In this document: positions 23,904-34,122 of the stretch, piece after piece
How the letters are laid out: each line of letters starts with the position of its first letter
Numbering within the stretch: the first letter of the stretch is position 1
Source: an uncultured Actinomycetes bacterium
GTDB lineage: Bacteria > Actinomycetota > Thermoleophilia > UBA2241
Assembly: GCA_963725665.1 (NCBI GenBank)
Contig: CAVRZA010000004.1
Location: forward strand, 384,001-448,000
Length of the DNA stretch: 64,000 bases
Direction: 5' to 3'
Translations under genes and position numbers: made by a program
Notes under the pieces: model-generated
Told to the model about the DNA's origin: nothing
Seen by the model: only the letters and a program-made list of their open reading frames with translations
The model's database searches: none

Positions 23904-26900
23904 TCAGGAGTCTGTGAGCAGCGCCTCCGGCGGGGCGAAGCCCCGCCGCAGCGTGTTCTCGGTGATTGTCCGCGGCTCTAGGAACTGCAGCAGGTAGTCC
24001 GGGCCGCCCGCTTTGGAGCCTATGCCGCTCATCTTGAAGCCGCCGAATGGCTGCCGCTCGACCAGGGCACCGGTCGTGCCCCGGTTGATGTAGAGGTTGC
24101 CGACGCGGAACTCGCGCCGGCAGCGGGCGATCGTGGCCGGGCTGCGTGAGATGAGGCCGCCAGTGAGGGCGTACTGCGTGCCGTTGGCGATGGCGAGCGC
24201 CTCGTCGAGGTCGCGCGCCTTCATGACGGCGACGACGGGACCGAAGATCTCCTCCTGAGCGATGACGGCGTCTGGTTTCACATCGACGAAGATGTGGGGG
24301 CCGACGAAGTGGCCGTCGCCGGGCCAGCCGCCGGGGTGAGCGGGCGCGGCGAGGGCCGCACGGCCCTCGCCGCGCCCGCGCTCGATGTACCTCTCGATCT
24401 GGGCCTTGGCATCGGCCGTGATCACGGGGCCCATGCGAGTGGCAGGGTCTTCCGGTGGACCCACGACGAGGCTGGCCGCCGCCTCCGTGAGGCGGCGCAC
24501 GAACTCGTCGTAGGCGCCCTCGAGCACGATCACCCGCGATGTCGCCGAGCACTTCTGTCCCTGGTAGTGGAAGGCGGAGACGATCGTCTCGAGCACCGCT
24601 ACGTCGAGGTCGGCGTCGCTGTCGACGATGGTCGCGTTCTTGCCTCCCATCTCCGCGATGACGCGCTTCACGCTCTGGCGTCCGGGGTTCGCGGCGGCCT
24701 CGGCGATGATGTGCAGGCCCACCTCTTTGGAGCCGGTGAAGGCGATCATGTCGACGTCGGGGTGGCGCACGAGCAGGTCGCCGACCTTACCACCGGAACA
24801 GGGGAGGAAGTTGACCGTGCCCGGGGGCGCTCCCGCGGCATGCAGGATGCGCGCTAGCTGGGCGCCGATCACCGGAGTGGGACCGGCCGGCTTCACGATG
24901 ACGGCGTTGCCGGTGACCAGGGCGGCGCTGGTCATGCCGGTAAGGATGGCGAGGGGGAAGTTCCAGGGGGCGATGACGACGGCGACGCCGCGCGGCTGGT
25001 AGAAGTAGTGGTTCAGCTCGCCGGGCTCGTCACCCATGCGCCGCTGCCCGCCGAGACGGATCATCTCGCGCCCGTAGTACTCGAGGAAGTCGATCGCCTC
25101 GTCGACGTCGGCGTCGGCCTCGCGCCAGGTCTTGCCGGCCTCGAAGACCTCGAGCGCGGCGAGCTCGAAGAGCTCGCCGCGCATCAGCTCGGCCGCCCTG
25201 AAGAGCACGGCGGCGCGCTCGCGAGCCGGCGTGTCGCGCCAGGCGGGGTAGGCGGTGAGGGCGGCGTCGACGGCCCGGTGCGCCTCGGCTTTGCCGCCGT
25301 AGCCGACCGTGCCGATCACCTCGTCGGGACGCGCCGGGTTGAAGGACGTCAGCTTGTCGGCCGGCTCGGCCGGCTCACCGCCGATCATGAGCGGCCAGTG
25401 CTTGCCCAAGCCGGCCGTGGCCGTTCCGGAGTGCACGCGCTCGAGCGCGCGGGCGAAGGCCTCGCGGTTCTCGGCGCGCGAGAAGTCGGCGTGCGGCATG
25501 TTGTCGAAGGGAGCGGGCGCCGCGGGGTCGGTCGGCCGCACGATAGGCAGCCGCCGCGGCGGCTGCCCGAACTCGGCCGACGGCCGCGGCGCCCGCACGA
25601 GCTCGTCGACGGTCGCGCCCTCGGCGAAGGTCAGGCGCAGGAACGACTCGTTGGCCGTGTTCTCGAGCAGACGGCGCACGAAGTACGCCATGCCGGGGAT
25701 CAGCTCGCCGACCGGCGTGTACTCGCGCAGGCGCAACCCCAGCTTGCGCACGGCGGCCTTGATGGGCTCGCCCATGCCGTGCAGCATCTGCAGCTCGAAG
25801 GCGCTCTTCGGCAGCCCGAGCGCTTCGGCGTTGGCGATCACGTTCGCCAGCGAGCGCACGTTGTGGCTGCCGAACGCCGGGCGTATCTCGTCCACATGCT
25901 CGAGCATGATGCGCGTCAGGCGCTCGTACATCACGTCGCTGTCGGGCTTGTGCGTGAACACCGGCACCGGCCATCCCTCCTGGGCGGCGAGCACCGTCTC
26001 GTAGTCCCAGTAGGCCCCCTTTACGAGGCGCACGGTGACGACGCGACCGCGCTCGCGCGCCCAGTCGATGACGCCGCGCAGGTCGTCCTCGGCGTCGCGT
26101 AGATACGCCTGCACGACGACGCCGGCCTGGTCGTAGCCGCGGAACTCCTCCTCGTCGAGCAGCTCGGTGAAGATCGTGAAGGTGAGGTCGCGGTAGCGGA
26201 ACTGCTCGAGGTCGAGGTTGACGAAGGCGCCGGTCTCAATGGCCTTGCGGAAGATGGGCCGCAGCCGCCCCTTGATCGCCTCGGCGCTGCCGCCGAAGTT
26301 CAGGGGATCGATCTGCGAGAAGAGCGAGGTGACTTTGAGCGACACGTTGACGCGCGGCAGCTCGCCCCAGGCGGCCTCGTCGATGGCGGCGTCGGGGCTC
26401 CAGCTGCGGGCCTCCGCGGCGAGCCCGTCGAGCAGCTCGAGGTAGCGTCGCTGGTAGGCGACCGCCTCCTTCTCGCTCACCGTGGCCTCGCCGAGCACAT
26501 CGAGGGTGAAGCCCATGCGCTTGCGCCGCAGGTCGCGCAGCGCCGGCATGGAGTCGCGCGCGTCGCGGCCGATGATGAAGCGCTGCGCGAAGGCGAGCAT
26601 CTGGCGCCGGATGAAGGCCGTCGCCAGCGGTGAGACGACGGCGTTCCTGGCGGCGCCGAGGCCGGCCTTGAGCAAACGCGGGGCTTCGAGGCCGGGTTGG
26701 TCGAAGTATTCGGCCAGGTGACGGTCGATCTCGGCCCGAGAGGTCAGGGTGGGGAAGACGTCGACGAAGCGGAAGAGCTCGACCTTGAGCCGCTCGTCGG
26801 CCATGGCCCAGTCCATCATCTCCTGCTGCCAGCGCTCCTGCGAGAGCAGCGACGACTTGGACTGGTCCATCAGCGAGAAGAGGGAGCGGGCCGTGGCCTC

Positions 26901-26984
26901 GACCTTCTGCTCCAGGTCCATGCCCAGCGGAGCGCGGCCCTCGCCCGCCGCGCCGCCGGCCGTGGTCCTTGCCGCCCCGTCCAT
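23904..26984 (-). CDS. putA: Bifunctional proline dehydrogenase / glutamate-5-semialdehyde dehydrogenase
   Basis: LFRFVDVFP, RLVKGAYWD, YFVRRLLENTAN, then PWNFP, FTGS, EMGGKN, GQKCSA and EEIFGP. Confidence 0.95.
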   Translation of the reverse strand: MDGAARTTAGGAAGEGRAPLGMDLEQKVEATARSLFSLMDQSKSSLLSQERWQQEMMDWAMADERLKVELFRFVDVFPTLTSRAEIDRHLAEYFDQPGLEAPRLLKAGLGAARNAVVSPLATAFIRRQMLAFAQRFIIGRDARDSMPALRDLRRKRMGFTLDVLGEATVSEKEAVAYQRRYLELLDGLAAEARSWSPDAAIDEAAWGELPRVNVSLKVTSLFSQIDPLNFGGSAEAIKGRLRPIFRKAIETGAFVNLDLEQFRYRDLTFTIFTELLDEEEFRGYDQAGVVVQAYLRDAEDDLRGVIDWARERGRVVTVRLVKGAYWDYETVLAAQEGWPVPVFTHKPDSDVMYERLTRIMLEHVDEIRPAFGSHNVRSLANVIANAEALGLPKSAFELQMLHGMGEPIKAAVRKLGLRLREYTPVGELIPGMAYFVRRLLENTANESFLRLTFAEGATVDELVRAPRPSAEFGQPPRRLPIVRPTDPAAPAPFDNMPHADFSRAENREAFARALERVHSGTATAGLGKHWPLMIGGEPAEPADKLTSFNPARPDEVIGTVGYGGKAEAHRAVDAALTAYPAWRDTPARERAAVLFRAAELMRGELFELAALEVFEAGKTWREADADVDEAIDFLEYYGREMIRLGGQRRMGDEPGELNHYFYQPRGVAVVIAPWNFPLAILTGMTSAALVTGNAVIVKPAGPTPVIGAQLARILHAAGAPPGTVNFLPCSGGKVGDLLVRHPDVDMIAFTGSKEVGLHIIAEAAANPGRQSVKRVIAEMGGKNATIVDSDADLDVAVLETIVSAFHYQGQKCSATSRVIVLEGAYDEFVRRLTEAAASLVVGPPEDPATRMGPVITADAKAQIERYIERGRGEGRAALAAPAHPGGWPGDGHFVGPHIFVDVKPDAVIAQEEIFGPVVAVMKARDLDEALAIANGTQYALTGGLISRSPATIARCRREFRVGNLYINRGTTGALVERQPFGGFKMSGIGSKAGGPDYLLQFLEPRTITENTLRRGFAPPEALLTDS

Positions 26985-27025
26985 CGTCGTCTCCAACCCG
27001 ACCCCCCTCGCCTGCAATCAGCCCG

Positions 27026-27553
27026 TCAGCGCGAGCGCCGGCCGAAGCGCTCGAACGAGAGCTTGCTCACCTGCCGCTGGGTGCGTGGCGCCTTGGTCTC
27101 CGCGGGATGCCCGACCGCTATCAGACTCAGGCAGCGCCAGTCGTCGACGGGCGCCCCGAGGATCTCCAGCGCGCGGCGCTCGTCGCCGTAGCCCTCGGTA
27201 GCTTCGTCGCGGATGCCCACCCAGACGGCGCCCAGCCCCAGCGACTGCGCTTCGAGGAGGACGTTCTCGGTGGCGGCGCTGCAGTCCTCGATCCACCAAG
27301 CCGAGTCCGGCCGGCCCAGCACGGCGATCACCAGCGGTGCCCGCGCGCACACGCCCGCCCACTGGTGCACGTGCGAGAGCCGGGCGCGCGTCTCCGCGTC
27401 GCGGACCACGACGAGGTGCCACGGCCTGGCGTTGTTGGCGCTGGGGGCGGCGAAGGCGGCGTCGATGAGCTTCTGCTCGTCCTCCTCGGAGATGTCGCCG
27501 CGGGTGTAGCGGCGGATGCTGCGCCGGGCGAGCAACAGGTCGAGTGCGTCCAT
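27026..27553 (-). CDS. Nitroreductase family protein
   Basis: RRSIRRY, APSANNARPW, LGLGAVW and IAVGHP. Confidence 0.92.
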   Translation of the reverse strand: MDALDLLLARRSIRRYTRGDISEEDEQKLIDAAFAAPSANNARPWHLVVVRDAETRARLSHVHQWAGVCARAPLVIAVLGRPDSAWWIEDCSAATENVLLEAQSLGLGAVWVGIRDEATEGYGDERRALEILGAPVDDWRCLSLIAVGHPAETKAPRTQRQVSKLSFERFGRRSR

Positions 27554-27650
27554 GGTCCCCTCCTCCGACTCCGGGAGCGATTCTATCAGGGGCAGTCCTG
27601 AGTTCCTGGTTGAGCTAGAATCCGGCCGTCGTACTGGAGGGAGGGAGCGA

Positions 27651-28148
27651 GTGGCGAGCGAGCGGCCACACCAGGAGGAGTCGACGGGGCGCGAGCGGCC
27701 CGACATCGTCATCCGCGAGTTCACACTGGACGACTACGACGAGGTGCTGGCGCTCTGGCTCGGTGCGGGGCCGGGGGTCGACCGGCGGCCGTCGGACGAG
27801 CATGACCAGGTGGCGCTCAAGGTCGAACGCGACCCCGATCTTTTCCTCGTCGCCACACTCGACGGGTACAGCGTCGGTGCGGTCATGGGCGGTTGGGATG
27901 GTCGGCGCGCCTACGTCTACCACCTCGCCGTCGTGCACGAGCTGCGCCGCCGCGAGGTGGGCGGCGCGCTCATGGACGAGCTCGAGGAGCGCCTGCGGCG
28001 CAAAGGCGCCCTGAAGGCGAAGTGCCAGATCTACACGCACAACGACGGGTCGTTGGCGTTCTTCAGGCAGCGTGGCTGGGAGATCGAGGACGGGCTCTGG
28101 CCGGTCGGCAAGCTGCTCGGAGGACCCGCCGACGACTCGCCCTGCTAG
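27651..28148 (+). CDS. GNAT acetyltransferase (YpeA/YhhY-like)
   Basis: RDPDLFLVA, VMGGWDGRRAYVYHLAV. Confidence 0.87.
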   Translation: MASERPHQEESTGRERPDIVIREFTLDDYDEVLALWLGAGPGVDRRPSDEHDQVALKVERDPDLFLVATLDGYSVGAVMGGWDGRRAYVYHLAVVHELRRREVGGALMDELEERLRRKGALKAKCQIYTHNDGSLAFFRQRGWEIEDGLWPVGKLLGGPADDSPC

Positions 28149-28157
28149 AGGAGCGCC

Positions 28158-28604
28158 CTAGGGAAGCTGCAGCAGTTCGACGGTGAAGCCGTCGGGGTCG
28201 GCAACGTAGAGGGCGCGCACGCCCCGCCAGGCGTCACCGTCTTGGAGCTCGACTGGGTCCGAGCGCGTCGGGTGACCCGCCCTCTGGAGCCGACGGAACG
28301 CGTCGTCGATGTCGTCGACGAGCAGGCCGACATGCGCGCCTGAGGGTGGTCTCGCGGCCGGGTGGGCGTGGGGGAGGGCGGCGGGCTCGAGGGGCTGGAT
28401 GAGCTCCAGGAGCTGGTCGGCGCCAAGGTCGAGCTCCGCGTAGCGGAAGCGCATGCCCTCGGCGCCGACCAGCTCGTCCGTGTCGGGCCCGCCGCCCTCT
28501 CCCTCGTCGGTCACGGTGAGCCCGAGCAGCTCGCGGTAGAAGGCGAGCGAGCGCTCGAGATCGGCCACCTCGAGCCCCAAGTGGTGGAGACGTCTCGCGG
28601 TCAC
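28158..28604 (-). CDS. VOC (glyoxalase/epimerase) family protein
   Basis: HHLGLEVADLERSLAFY, LELI, HVGLLVDDID and DPDGFTVEL; start overlaps the upstream stop. Confidence 0.9.
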   Translation of the reverse strand: MTARRLHHLGLEVADLERSLAFYRELLGLTVTDEGEGGGPDTDELVGAEGMRFRYAELDLGADQLLELIQPLEPAALPHAHPAARPPSGAHVGLLVDDIDDAFRRLQRAGHPTRSDPVELQDGDAWRGVRALYVADPDGFTVELLQLP

Positions 28605-30118
28605 GGTCGCTCCTCTCCTCGCGGGTCTGTGGCGCTCTCTTTGTCGAAGGGCGGTGTGCCGACACATCCGTCCGGCTCCCACTGCGGCGCGCCACCGAGG
28701 CGGTCAGGCACGACATCCCGGGCGAACACCTCGGCGATGGTCTCGCGGCGCTTGATCACCTCTGCCTGCGCACCGCTCACAAGGACCGTCGCCGGGCGGG
28801 GCAGGGCGTTGAAGTTGTTGGCGCCGGAGTCCTGGTAGGCGCCGGTGGCGAGGAAAGCGAGCAGGTCGCCGGGCACGACCTCGGGCAGGTGCGCGTCGGG
28901 CACGAGCAGGTCGAAGCCGCAACTGCAGCCGACGATGTCGGCCGTTTGGGTCGACGACGCTGCGCCCTTCTCAGGCAGGATCGTCGGCCAGCGCACGTGC
29001 TCCAGGTTGACGTCGGGGAGGAAGGCCTCGGAGGTGTCGGTCTCGACCCAGGTGCGCGGTATCGGATCGCGCTGCTCCTTCAGGTTGACGACGCGTGCAA
29101 GATGCAGCCCCGCGGTCGCGTAGACGGCTCTGCCGGGCTCGATCTCGAGACAGAGCCCGGTAGTTGTGAAGCCGTGCGTCGTGAGTTCCCGGCGCAACGT
29201 CGAGGTGAGCACCGCGGCGTATTCGGCCGGCGTCGGCGCGATTGGCAGATCGCCGAGCTCCTCGTCGCTCAGGCCGGTCAGCCCCACGGGATCTCCCGGG
29301 TAGGAGAAGCCTCCGCCGAGGTCGAGCTCGCGCGGCTGCCAGCCGTCCCAGGCCTCGCGCAACTCGGCGAGCAGCTCGACGAGGCTTGCGACCATGCCCT
29401 CGAAGAGCTCGGCTCGCCGGCTGTGACGCGCGACGTGGCAGTGCACGCCGCTCACGTCGAGCGCGGGGTCGGTCAGCAGCTCGCCGTCGAGCGCCAGCAG
29501 ATCGTCGGGCGGGATGCCGGGCTTGTAGCGCTGCGCCACCTCGCGGATCGGCACCCGCTGACCGGGGAAGAAGTCGCTCACGCCGGCGAGGGCGGTGTAG
29601 CGTGGCCTGACGCGCAGGCGGGCGGTCGCGCGCGAGCCGAGCTCGCGCGCGACCGCCCGCAGCAGCTCGAGCTCGCGCACGCTGTCGACCGTTACGCGCG
29701 CGCCGGCGAGCACCGCCTCCCGCAGCAATCCCTCGTCTTTGCCGGTCCCGTTGACCGAGATGAGCGCCGGGTCGACTTCGCAGGCCAGCGCGGCCCTCAG
29801 CTCGCTGGCGCCGAAGGTGTCGCAACCGGCGCCCTCCTCGCTGAGGACGCGGCGCAGGGCGAGCGCGTAGTTGGCCTTGATCGACGGCAGGACGTGCACC
29901 GGTCCCTCGGTCCAGCTCGCCTCGAAGGCGCGACGGAAGGCGCGCAGGTTGGCGCGCAGTTGTGTCTCTGAGACGACGTACAACGGCGTGCCAAAACGCT
30001 CGGCGAGCCCGGCGGCTTCACAGTCCTCGACGAAGAGTCGGCCGTCACGCAGCGAGAGGCAGGACATGGGGGCGATGGCCTGCGGGCCGTCCAAGGTCAG
30101 CCGGGCACCGTCTGTCAT
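28601..30118 (-). CDS. Fold-type III PLP-dependent decarboxylase, substrate unknown
   Basis: FGTPLYV, SIKAN (PLP lysine), LDLGGG, EPGR and GAY; atypical HCHVARH and GCSCGFD. Confidence 0.85.
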   Translation of the reverse strand: MTDGARLTLDGPQAIAPMSCLSLRDGRLFVEDCEAAGLAERFGTPLYVVSETQLRANLRAFRRAFEASWTEGPVHVLPSIKANYALALRRVLSEEGAGCDTFGASELRAALACEVDPALISVNGTGKDEGLLREAVLAGARVTVDSVRELELLRAVARELGSRATARLRVRPRYTALAGVSDFFPGQRVPIREVAQRYKPGIPPDDLLALDGELLTDPALDVSGVHCHVARHSRRAELFEGMVASLVELLAELREAWDGWQPRELDLGGGFSYPGDPVGLTGLSDEELGDLPIAPTPAEYAAVLTSTLRRELTTHGFTTTGLCLEIEPGRAVYATAGLHLARVVNLKEQRDPIPRTWVETDTSEAFLPDVNLEHVRWPTILPEKGAASSTQTADIVGCSCGFDLLVPDAHLPEVVPGDLLAFLATGAYQDSGANNFNALPRPATVLVSGAQAEVIKRRETIAEVFARDVVPDRLGGAPQWEPDGCVGTPPFDKESATDPRGEERP

Positions 30119-30166
30119 GGCTGGGCCCCTGCTGCATCGCATCCGGTCACGACGCGCGGCCCGTCG

Positions 30167-31480
30167 TCAACCGGTGACACCGCACCAGCGCATCGCCGCC
30201 AGGGCGACGATCGCGCAGAAATCGACGAGGTCCTCGACCGGCGCGCGTTCGTCGACGGCGTGCGCCGTCTCTTCACCGCCGATGCCGTAGGAGAACGTCG
30301 GTGTGCCGGAGCGCGAGAAGTGCGCCGCGTCATGCCAGGAGTCGAGGCCTGCGACCGCGCCTCGCCTGCCGCACTCGGCCCCCGTCGCCAGCGTGAGTTG
30401 TACCAGCGGGTGGTCGGCCGGTATCTCTCCCGGCACGACGTCCTCCATCCATCCCCACTGCAGCGGGTGCTCGCGCAGCCAGGGGTCGGCCTGGGCGGCG
30501 GCGTCGATCCACGTCATGATCTCGCGCTCCACGGCCTTGCCCGTGCCCTCCTCATCGACATCGCCCGGCAGGTACTGAGCGTCGCAGGTGACAGTGCACG
30601 ACGGGGGAACGGTGACGACCCAGACGCCGCCCTCGATCAGCGTGGGGACGATGTCGCCCGGCGAGAGCAGCGGGTGGCGCTTGTCGGCCCTTCCGCGCCA
30701 CTCCTCGCGCAGCGTCTTGATCGCGTCGATCACGACCTGTGCCTTCTCGATGGCGTTGACGGCGCCGCCCTCCGACCAGTGTGGGTGTACCACCTCGGCG
30801 TGTCCCGCCCGCCCCGGCACGGTGATGATGGGGCAGACCGTGCCACGGCAGGTCACCCAGGCGTCGAAGCCGGTTGGCTCAGCGCAGATGCCGGCGTCGG
30901 CGCGCACCCCATGGGCTATGCAGGCGAGGCTGCCGGCGCCGGAGGACTCCTCGTCGGTGTTGGCACAGTAGACGACGTCGCCGCGCAACCGCACGCCAGC
31001 GCCCCGCAAGCACTCGAGGGCGAAGAGTAGCGAGGCGAGGCCGCCCTTCATGTCGTTGACGCCACGGCCGTAGAGCAGGCCATCGCGCACCTCAGCCTTG
31101 AATGGGTCGCTCGCCCAGGACTCGACAGGGCCGGGCGTCACGGCGTCGATATGACCGTTGAGGAGGAGGCTGCGGCCGTTCCCGGCGCCGGCGAGCCGCG
31201 CCGCGAGCTGCGGTCGCCCCTTGAAGTCGAGGTCGTCGGGGACGAAGCGGTCGCCCTTGCTTGTGGGATCGGGCTCCCACACGTCGACCTCGGCTGCCAG
31301 AGCCTTCAGGCGCGCGGCGAGGATGCCCTGGAGCTTCGCCTCGTCGCGGGGCGGGTCCTTCGGCGAACGGGCGGTCGTGTCGCAGGCGACGAGCTCGGTC
31401 ACGAGGCCGACGAGCTCGTCGCGTCTCTCGCGCACGCGCTCGACCACGTCCTCTTCGAGGTGGCTGCGGGGCTCATCCAT
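30167..31480 (-). CDS. M20 ArgE/DapE-family deacylase
   Basis: LNGHIDAV, YGRGVNDMKGG, DEE, EPT and AHAVDE. Confidence 0.92.
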   Translation of the reverse strand: MDEPRSHLEEDVVERVRERRDELVGLVTELVACDTTARSPKDPPRDEAKLQGILAARLKALAAEVDVWEPDPTSKGDRFVPDDLDFKGRPQLAARLAGAGNGRSLLLNGHIDAVTPGPVESWASDPFKAEVRDGLLYGRGVNDMKGGLASLLFALECLRGAGVRLRGDVVYCANTDEESSGAGSLACIAHGVRADAGICAEPTGFDAWVTCRGTVCPIITVPGRAGHAEVVHPHWSEGGAVNAIEKAQVVIDAIKTLREEWRGRADKRHPLLSPGDIVPTLIEGGVWVVTVPPSCTVTCDAQYLPGDVDEEGTGKAVEREIMTWIDAAAQADPWLREHPLQWGWMEDVVPGEIPADHPLVQLTLATGAECGRRGAVAGLDSWHDAAHFSRSGTPTFSYGIGGEETAHAVDERAPVEDLVDFCAIVALAAMRWCGVTG

Positions 31481-31649
31481 GCGGTCCTCCAGTGCGGCGA
31501 CGAACGGCGAAGCGACGAGCCGACCCCAGGTGCGACCGGCCGTGGCACGATGATAGAAAAGGGCGCGTCTGCGCCGCAAGGCGGCGCGGGCGCGCCCCGG
31601 GTCTTCAGTGAGTCGGGCAGGCGGCGCGGAGCCGGCGCGCCCGGAGTGC

Positions 31650-32633
31650 CTAGCGGGCCGCGCGAGCGCCGGCCTCGGGCGCGGCGTCACCAACGATCCT
31701 GGTGCCGGTCTCGCCGCGCAGCGCCGGTTCCACGTCGAGCAGGTTGGCGATGATCGCCGTGCCGCCGGCGCGGGTGAAGCGCAGACACGCCTCGACCTTG
31801 GGTCCCATGGAGCCGGCCTTGAAGTGACCGTCCGTCTGGTAGCGGGCCATCTCCGAGGCGCTCACGGTGTCGATGGGCGTCTGCTTCGGCGTGCCGTAGT
31901 CGATGTAGGCCTTTTCGACATCGGTGAGGATCAGCAGCACGTCGGCCTCGACGTCGGCGGCGAGCCGGGCCGCGGCCAGGTCCTTGTCGATGACCGCCTC
32001 GACGCCCGACAGGTTGCCGGCTTTGTCGCGCACCACCGGGACGCCGCCGCCGCCGCTGCAGACGATGATCACGCCGTCCTTGACCAGGTCCTTGATCACG
32101 TCGCGCTCGACGATGCGCCTCGGGTCGGGGCTCGGCACGACGCGTCGCCAGCCTCGCCCCGCGTCCTCGCGCATCACCACACCCTTCTCGAGAGCGAGCT
32201 CCTTGCCGCGCGCCTCCGAGTAGAAGGGTCCCACGGGCTTCGAGGGGGCCGCGAAGGCGGGGTCTGTGGGCGAGACCTCCACTTGGGTGAGCAGGGCGCA
32301 GACCGGTACCTCGAGTCTGAGGCGGCGCAGGTGGTTGTCGAGGCTTTGCGCGAACAGGTAGCCGATCTGGCCCTGGCTCTCGGCACCGCAGACGTCCATC
32401 GGCATGGGTGGGATCTGGGCGCTGGCGGCCTCGTTCTGGATGAGGAGGTTGCCCACCTGCGGCCCGTTGCCGTGGGTCATGACGACCTGCCAGCCGGCCG
32501 CCACGAGGCGCGCGATGCGTCGCGCCGCGGCGTCGACGTTGACGAGCTGCTCTTCGAAGGTGCCGACCTGTCCGGGCTGCAGGATGGCGTTGCCGCCCAA
32601 GGCGATGACGACGGTCTTCTTCTCAGCGCTCAA
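31650..32633 (-). CDS. arcC: Carbamate kinase
   Basis: VIALGGNA, THGNGPQVG, KPVGPFY, RRVVPSP, EAVIDKD and GSMGPK; start 32633 (TTG) or 32660. Confidence 0.95.
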   Translation of the reverse strand: MSAEKKTVVIALGGNAILQPGQVGTFEEQLVNVDAAARRIARLVAAGWQVVMTHGNGPQVGNLLIQNEAASAQIPPMPMDVCGAESQGQIGYLFAQSLDNHLRRLRLEVPVCALLTQVEVSPTDPAFAAPSKPVGPFYSEARGKELALEKGVVMREDAGRGWRRVVPSPDPRRIVERDVIKDLVKDGVIIVCSGGGGVPVVRDKAGNLSGVEAVIDKDLAAARLAADVEADVLLILTDVEKAYIDYGTPKQTPIDTVSASEMARYQTDGHFKAGSMGPKVEACLRFTRAGGTAIIANLLDVEPALRGETGTRIVGDAAPEAGARAAR

Positions 32634-32819
32634 CCTTGCTCCGTTGCCCGTGGTCGACACTCTGCGGGGGTGCGGCCGGCAGGAGGAGCCAGCCTATCAG
32701 AATCGACACGTCCGTCGCCTCGCGACCGATTGCCCGGCTGTGTCCCGGGCCCACCTGCGGACCGGCTCTTCAGGCGGGCGGTGTCGTCCTTCGCTGTCCC
32801 GCTGATCCCGGGCATCCGG

Positions 32820-33833
32820 CTAGCGCAGCAGCGCCTGGCCGATCTCATGCAGCCGGGGATCGGTCGGCAGCTCGTCGATGCCGATGAGCGCCAGCATGAG
32901 CGCCTTCTGGAAGTGCATGCGGTTCCCGGCCTGTGGGAAGACGATCGACGCCTCGGAGTCGATCACCTCATCGGCGACCTCCTCGCCGCGCATGGCCGGC
33001 AGGCAGTGCATGAACCTGGCGCCGGGCTTCGTGTGGCTCCAGAACTCGGTGTTGACCTGGAAGGGCTTGAACGCCTTGACCCGGTCCTCGTACTCGGCCT
33101 CCTGGCCGGTCCACCACCAGCAGTCGGTGTAGATGAACTCGGCGCCGTCGATGGCCTCCAGCGGGTCGTTCGTGAGCAGGAACTCGCCACCGTTCTCCGC
33201 CGCCAACCGCCGCGCCGCCTCCGCGATCTCGGGCGCGATCTCGTAGCCGGGAGCGTTGCCGATGCGCACGTTCAGTCCCAGCTTGGTGAGCGTGGTGGCG
33301 AGGGAGTTGCAGGGGTGCGCCGCGTCGCCGACGTAGGCAAACGTGACGCCTGTCAGGCGCCCCGCGTTCTCGAGGATCGTCAGCGCGTCGCTCATCGACT
33401 GCGCCGGGTGGCGCTTCGCGTCCATGCCGTTGATGACCGGCACGGTGGCGTGCTTCGCAAGCTCCTCGATGGTCTCGTTCTTCTTGCAGCGTATCTCGAT
33501 CGCGTCGGAGAGGTAGGAGAGGGTGCGTGCCGTGTCGCCGATGGTCTCGCGGCCGGGCAGGTGGATCTCGCCGGGGCGCAGGTAGAGCGCGTTGCCGCCG
33601 AGCTCGGCGAAGCCGTTCTCGAAGCTGACGCGGGTGCGCGTCGAGGCGGCCTCGAAGATCATGCTCAGGTGCTTGCCGAGGAGGAAGGGCGTGTAGCGCA
33701 CCTCCCCGCGTAGCCTCTTGAGCGCTACGGCGAGCGCGAGCAGGTCGAGCAGCTCCTGCTTGCTGTAGTCGAGGTCGGTGACGTAGTCGCGTCCGCGGAG
33801 GGGGCGTAGTCCGGGAAGGCGCTGATCGCTCAT
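32820..33833 (-). CDS. Carbamoyltransferase, putrescine-transcarbamylase-like, specificity uncertain
   Basis: STRTRVSFE, HPAQ and HCLP; DCWWWTGQ replaces the OTCase DxxxSMG loop. Confidence 0.85.
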   Translation of the reverse strand: MSDQRLPGLRPLRGRDYVTDLDYSKQELLDLLALAVALKRLRGEVRYTPFLLGKHLSMIFEAASTRTRVSFENGFAELGGNALYLRPGEIHLPGRETIGDTARTLSYLSDAIEIRCKKNETIEELAKHATVPVINGMDAKRHPAQSMSDALTILENAGRLTGVTFAYVGDAAHPCNSLATTLTKLGLNVRIGNAPGYEIAPEIAEAARRLAAENGGEFLLTNDPLEAIDGAEFIYTDCWWWTGQEAEYEDRVKAFKPFQVNTEFWSHTKPGARFMHCLPAMRGEEVADEVIDSEASIVFPQAGNRMHFQKALMLALIGIDELPTDPRLHEIGQALLR

Positions 33834-34001
33834 GCTGCAGGACCTCCAGCTCGTCGCACGGGTGCGCCGCCGTCCCTCGTCGCGGCGCTTCGGGTCACGC
33901 GGACACGAAGGGATCCCGCTGGGCGGAGCGATCGTGTCGCTTCTCCCCGGGAGCATTCGCCCTTGCGTCGCGCCCGTGGTCGCAGTGGTCCGCGGCGGGT
34001 C

Positions 34002-34122
34002 TTGACCGGACGGTCGGTCAACGGGGCAAAGCATAGAACGGTGTCTGGCGCGACGTCAACGACGCGTCGGGTCGTGCTCGGCACGTGGCCCGACGCAGCC
34101 TGTTGCCCGGACGGTCGGTCAA
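34002..34122. promoter_or_regulatory. Twin palindromic operators and divergent promoters
   Basis: TTGACCGGACGGTCGGTCAA (34002-34021) and TTGCCCGGACGGTCGGTCAA (34103-34122); minus-strand TTGACG-N18-TATGCT (34059-34030); plus-strand TAGAAT at 34129. Confidence 0.8.

Noticed and set aside
33834-34001. Guanidine-type riboswitch in the transcarbamylase leader
   Set aside because: ACGA-containing stretches are present but not as two canonical tetraloop hairpins, and the twin operators already explain regulation.
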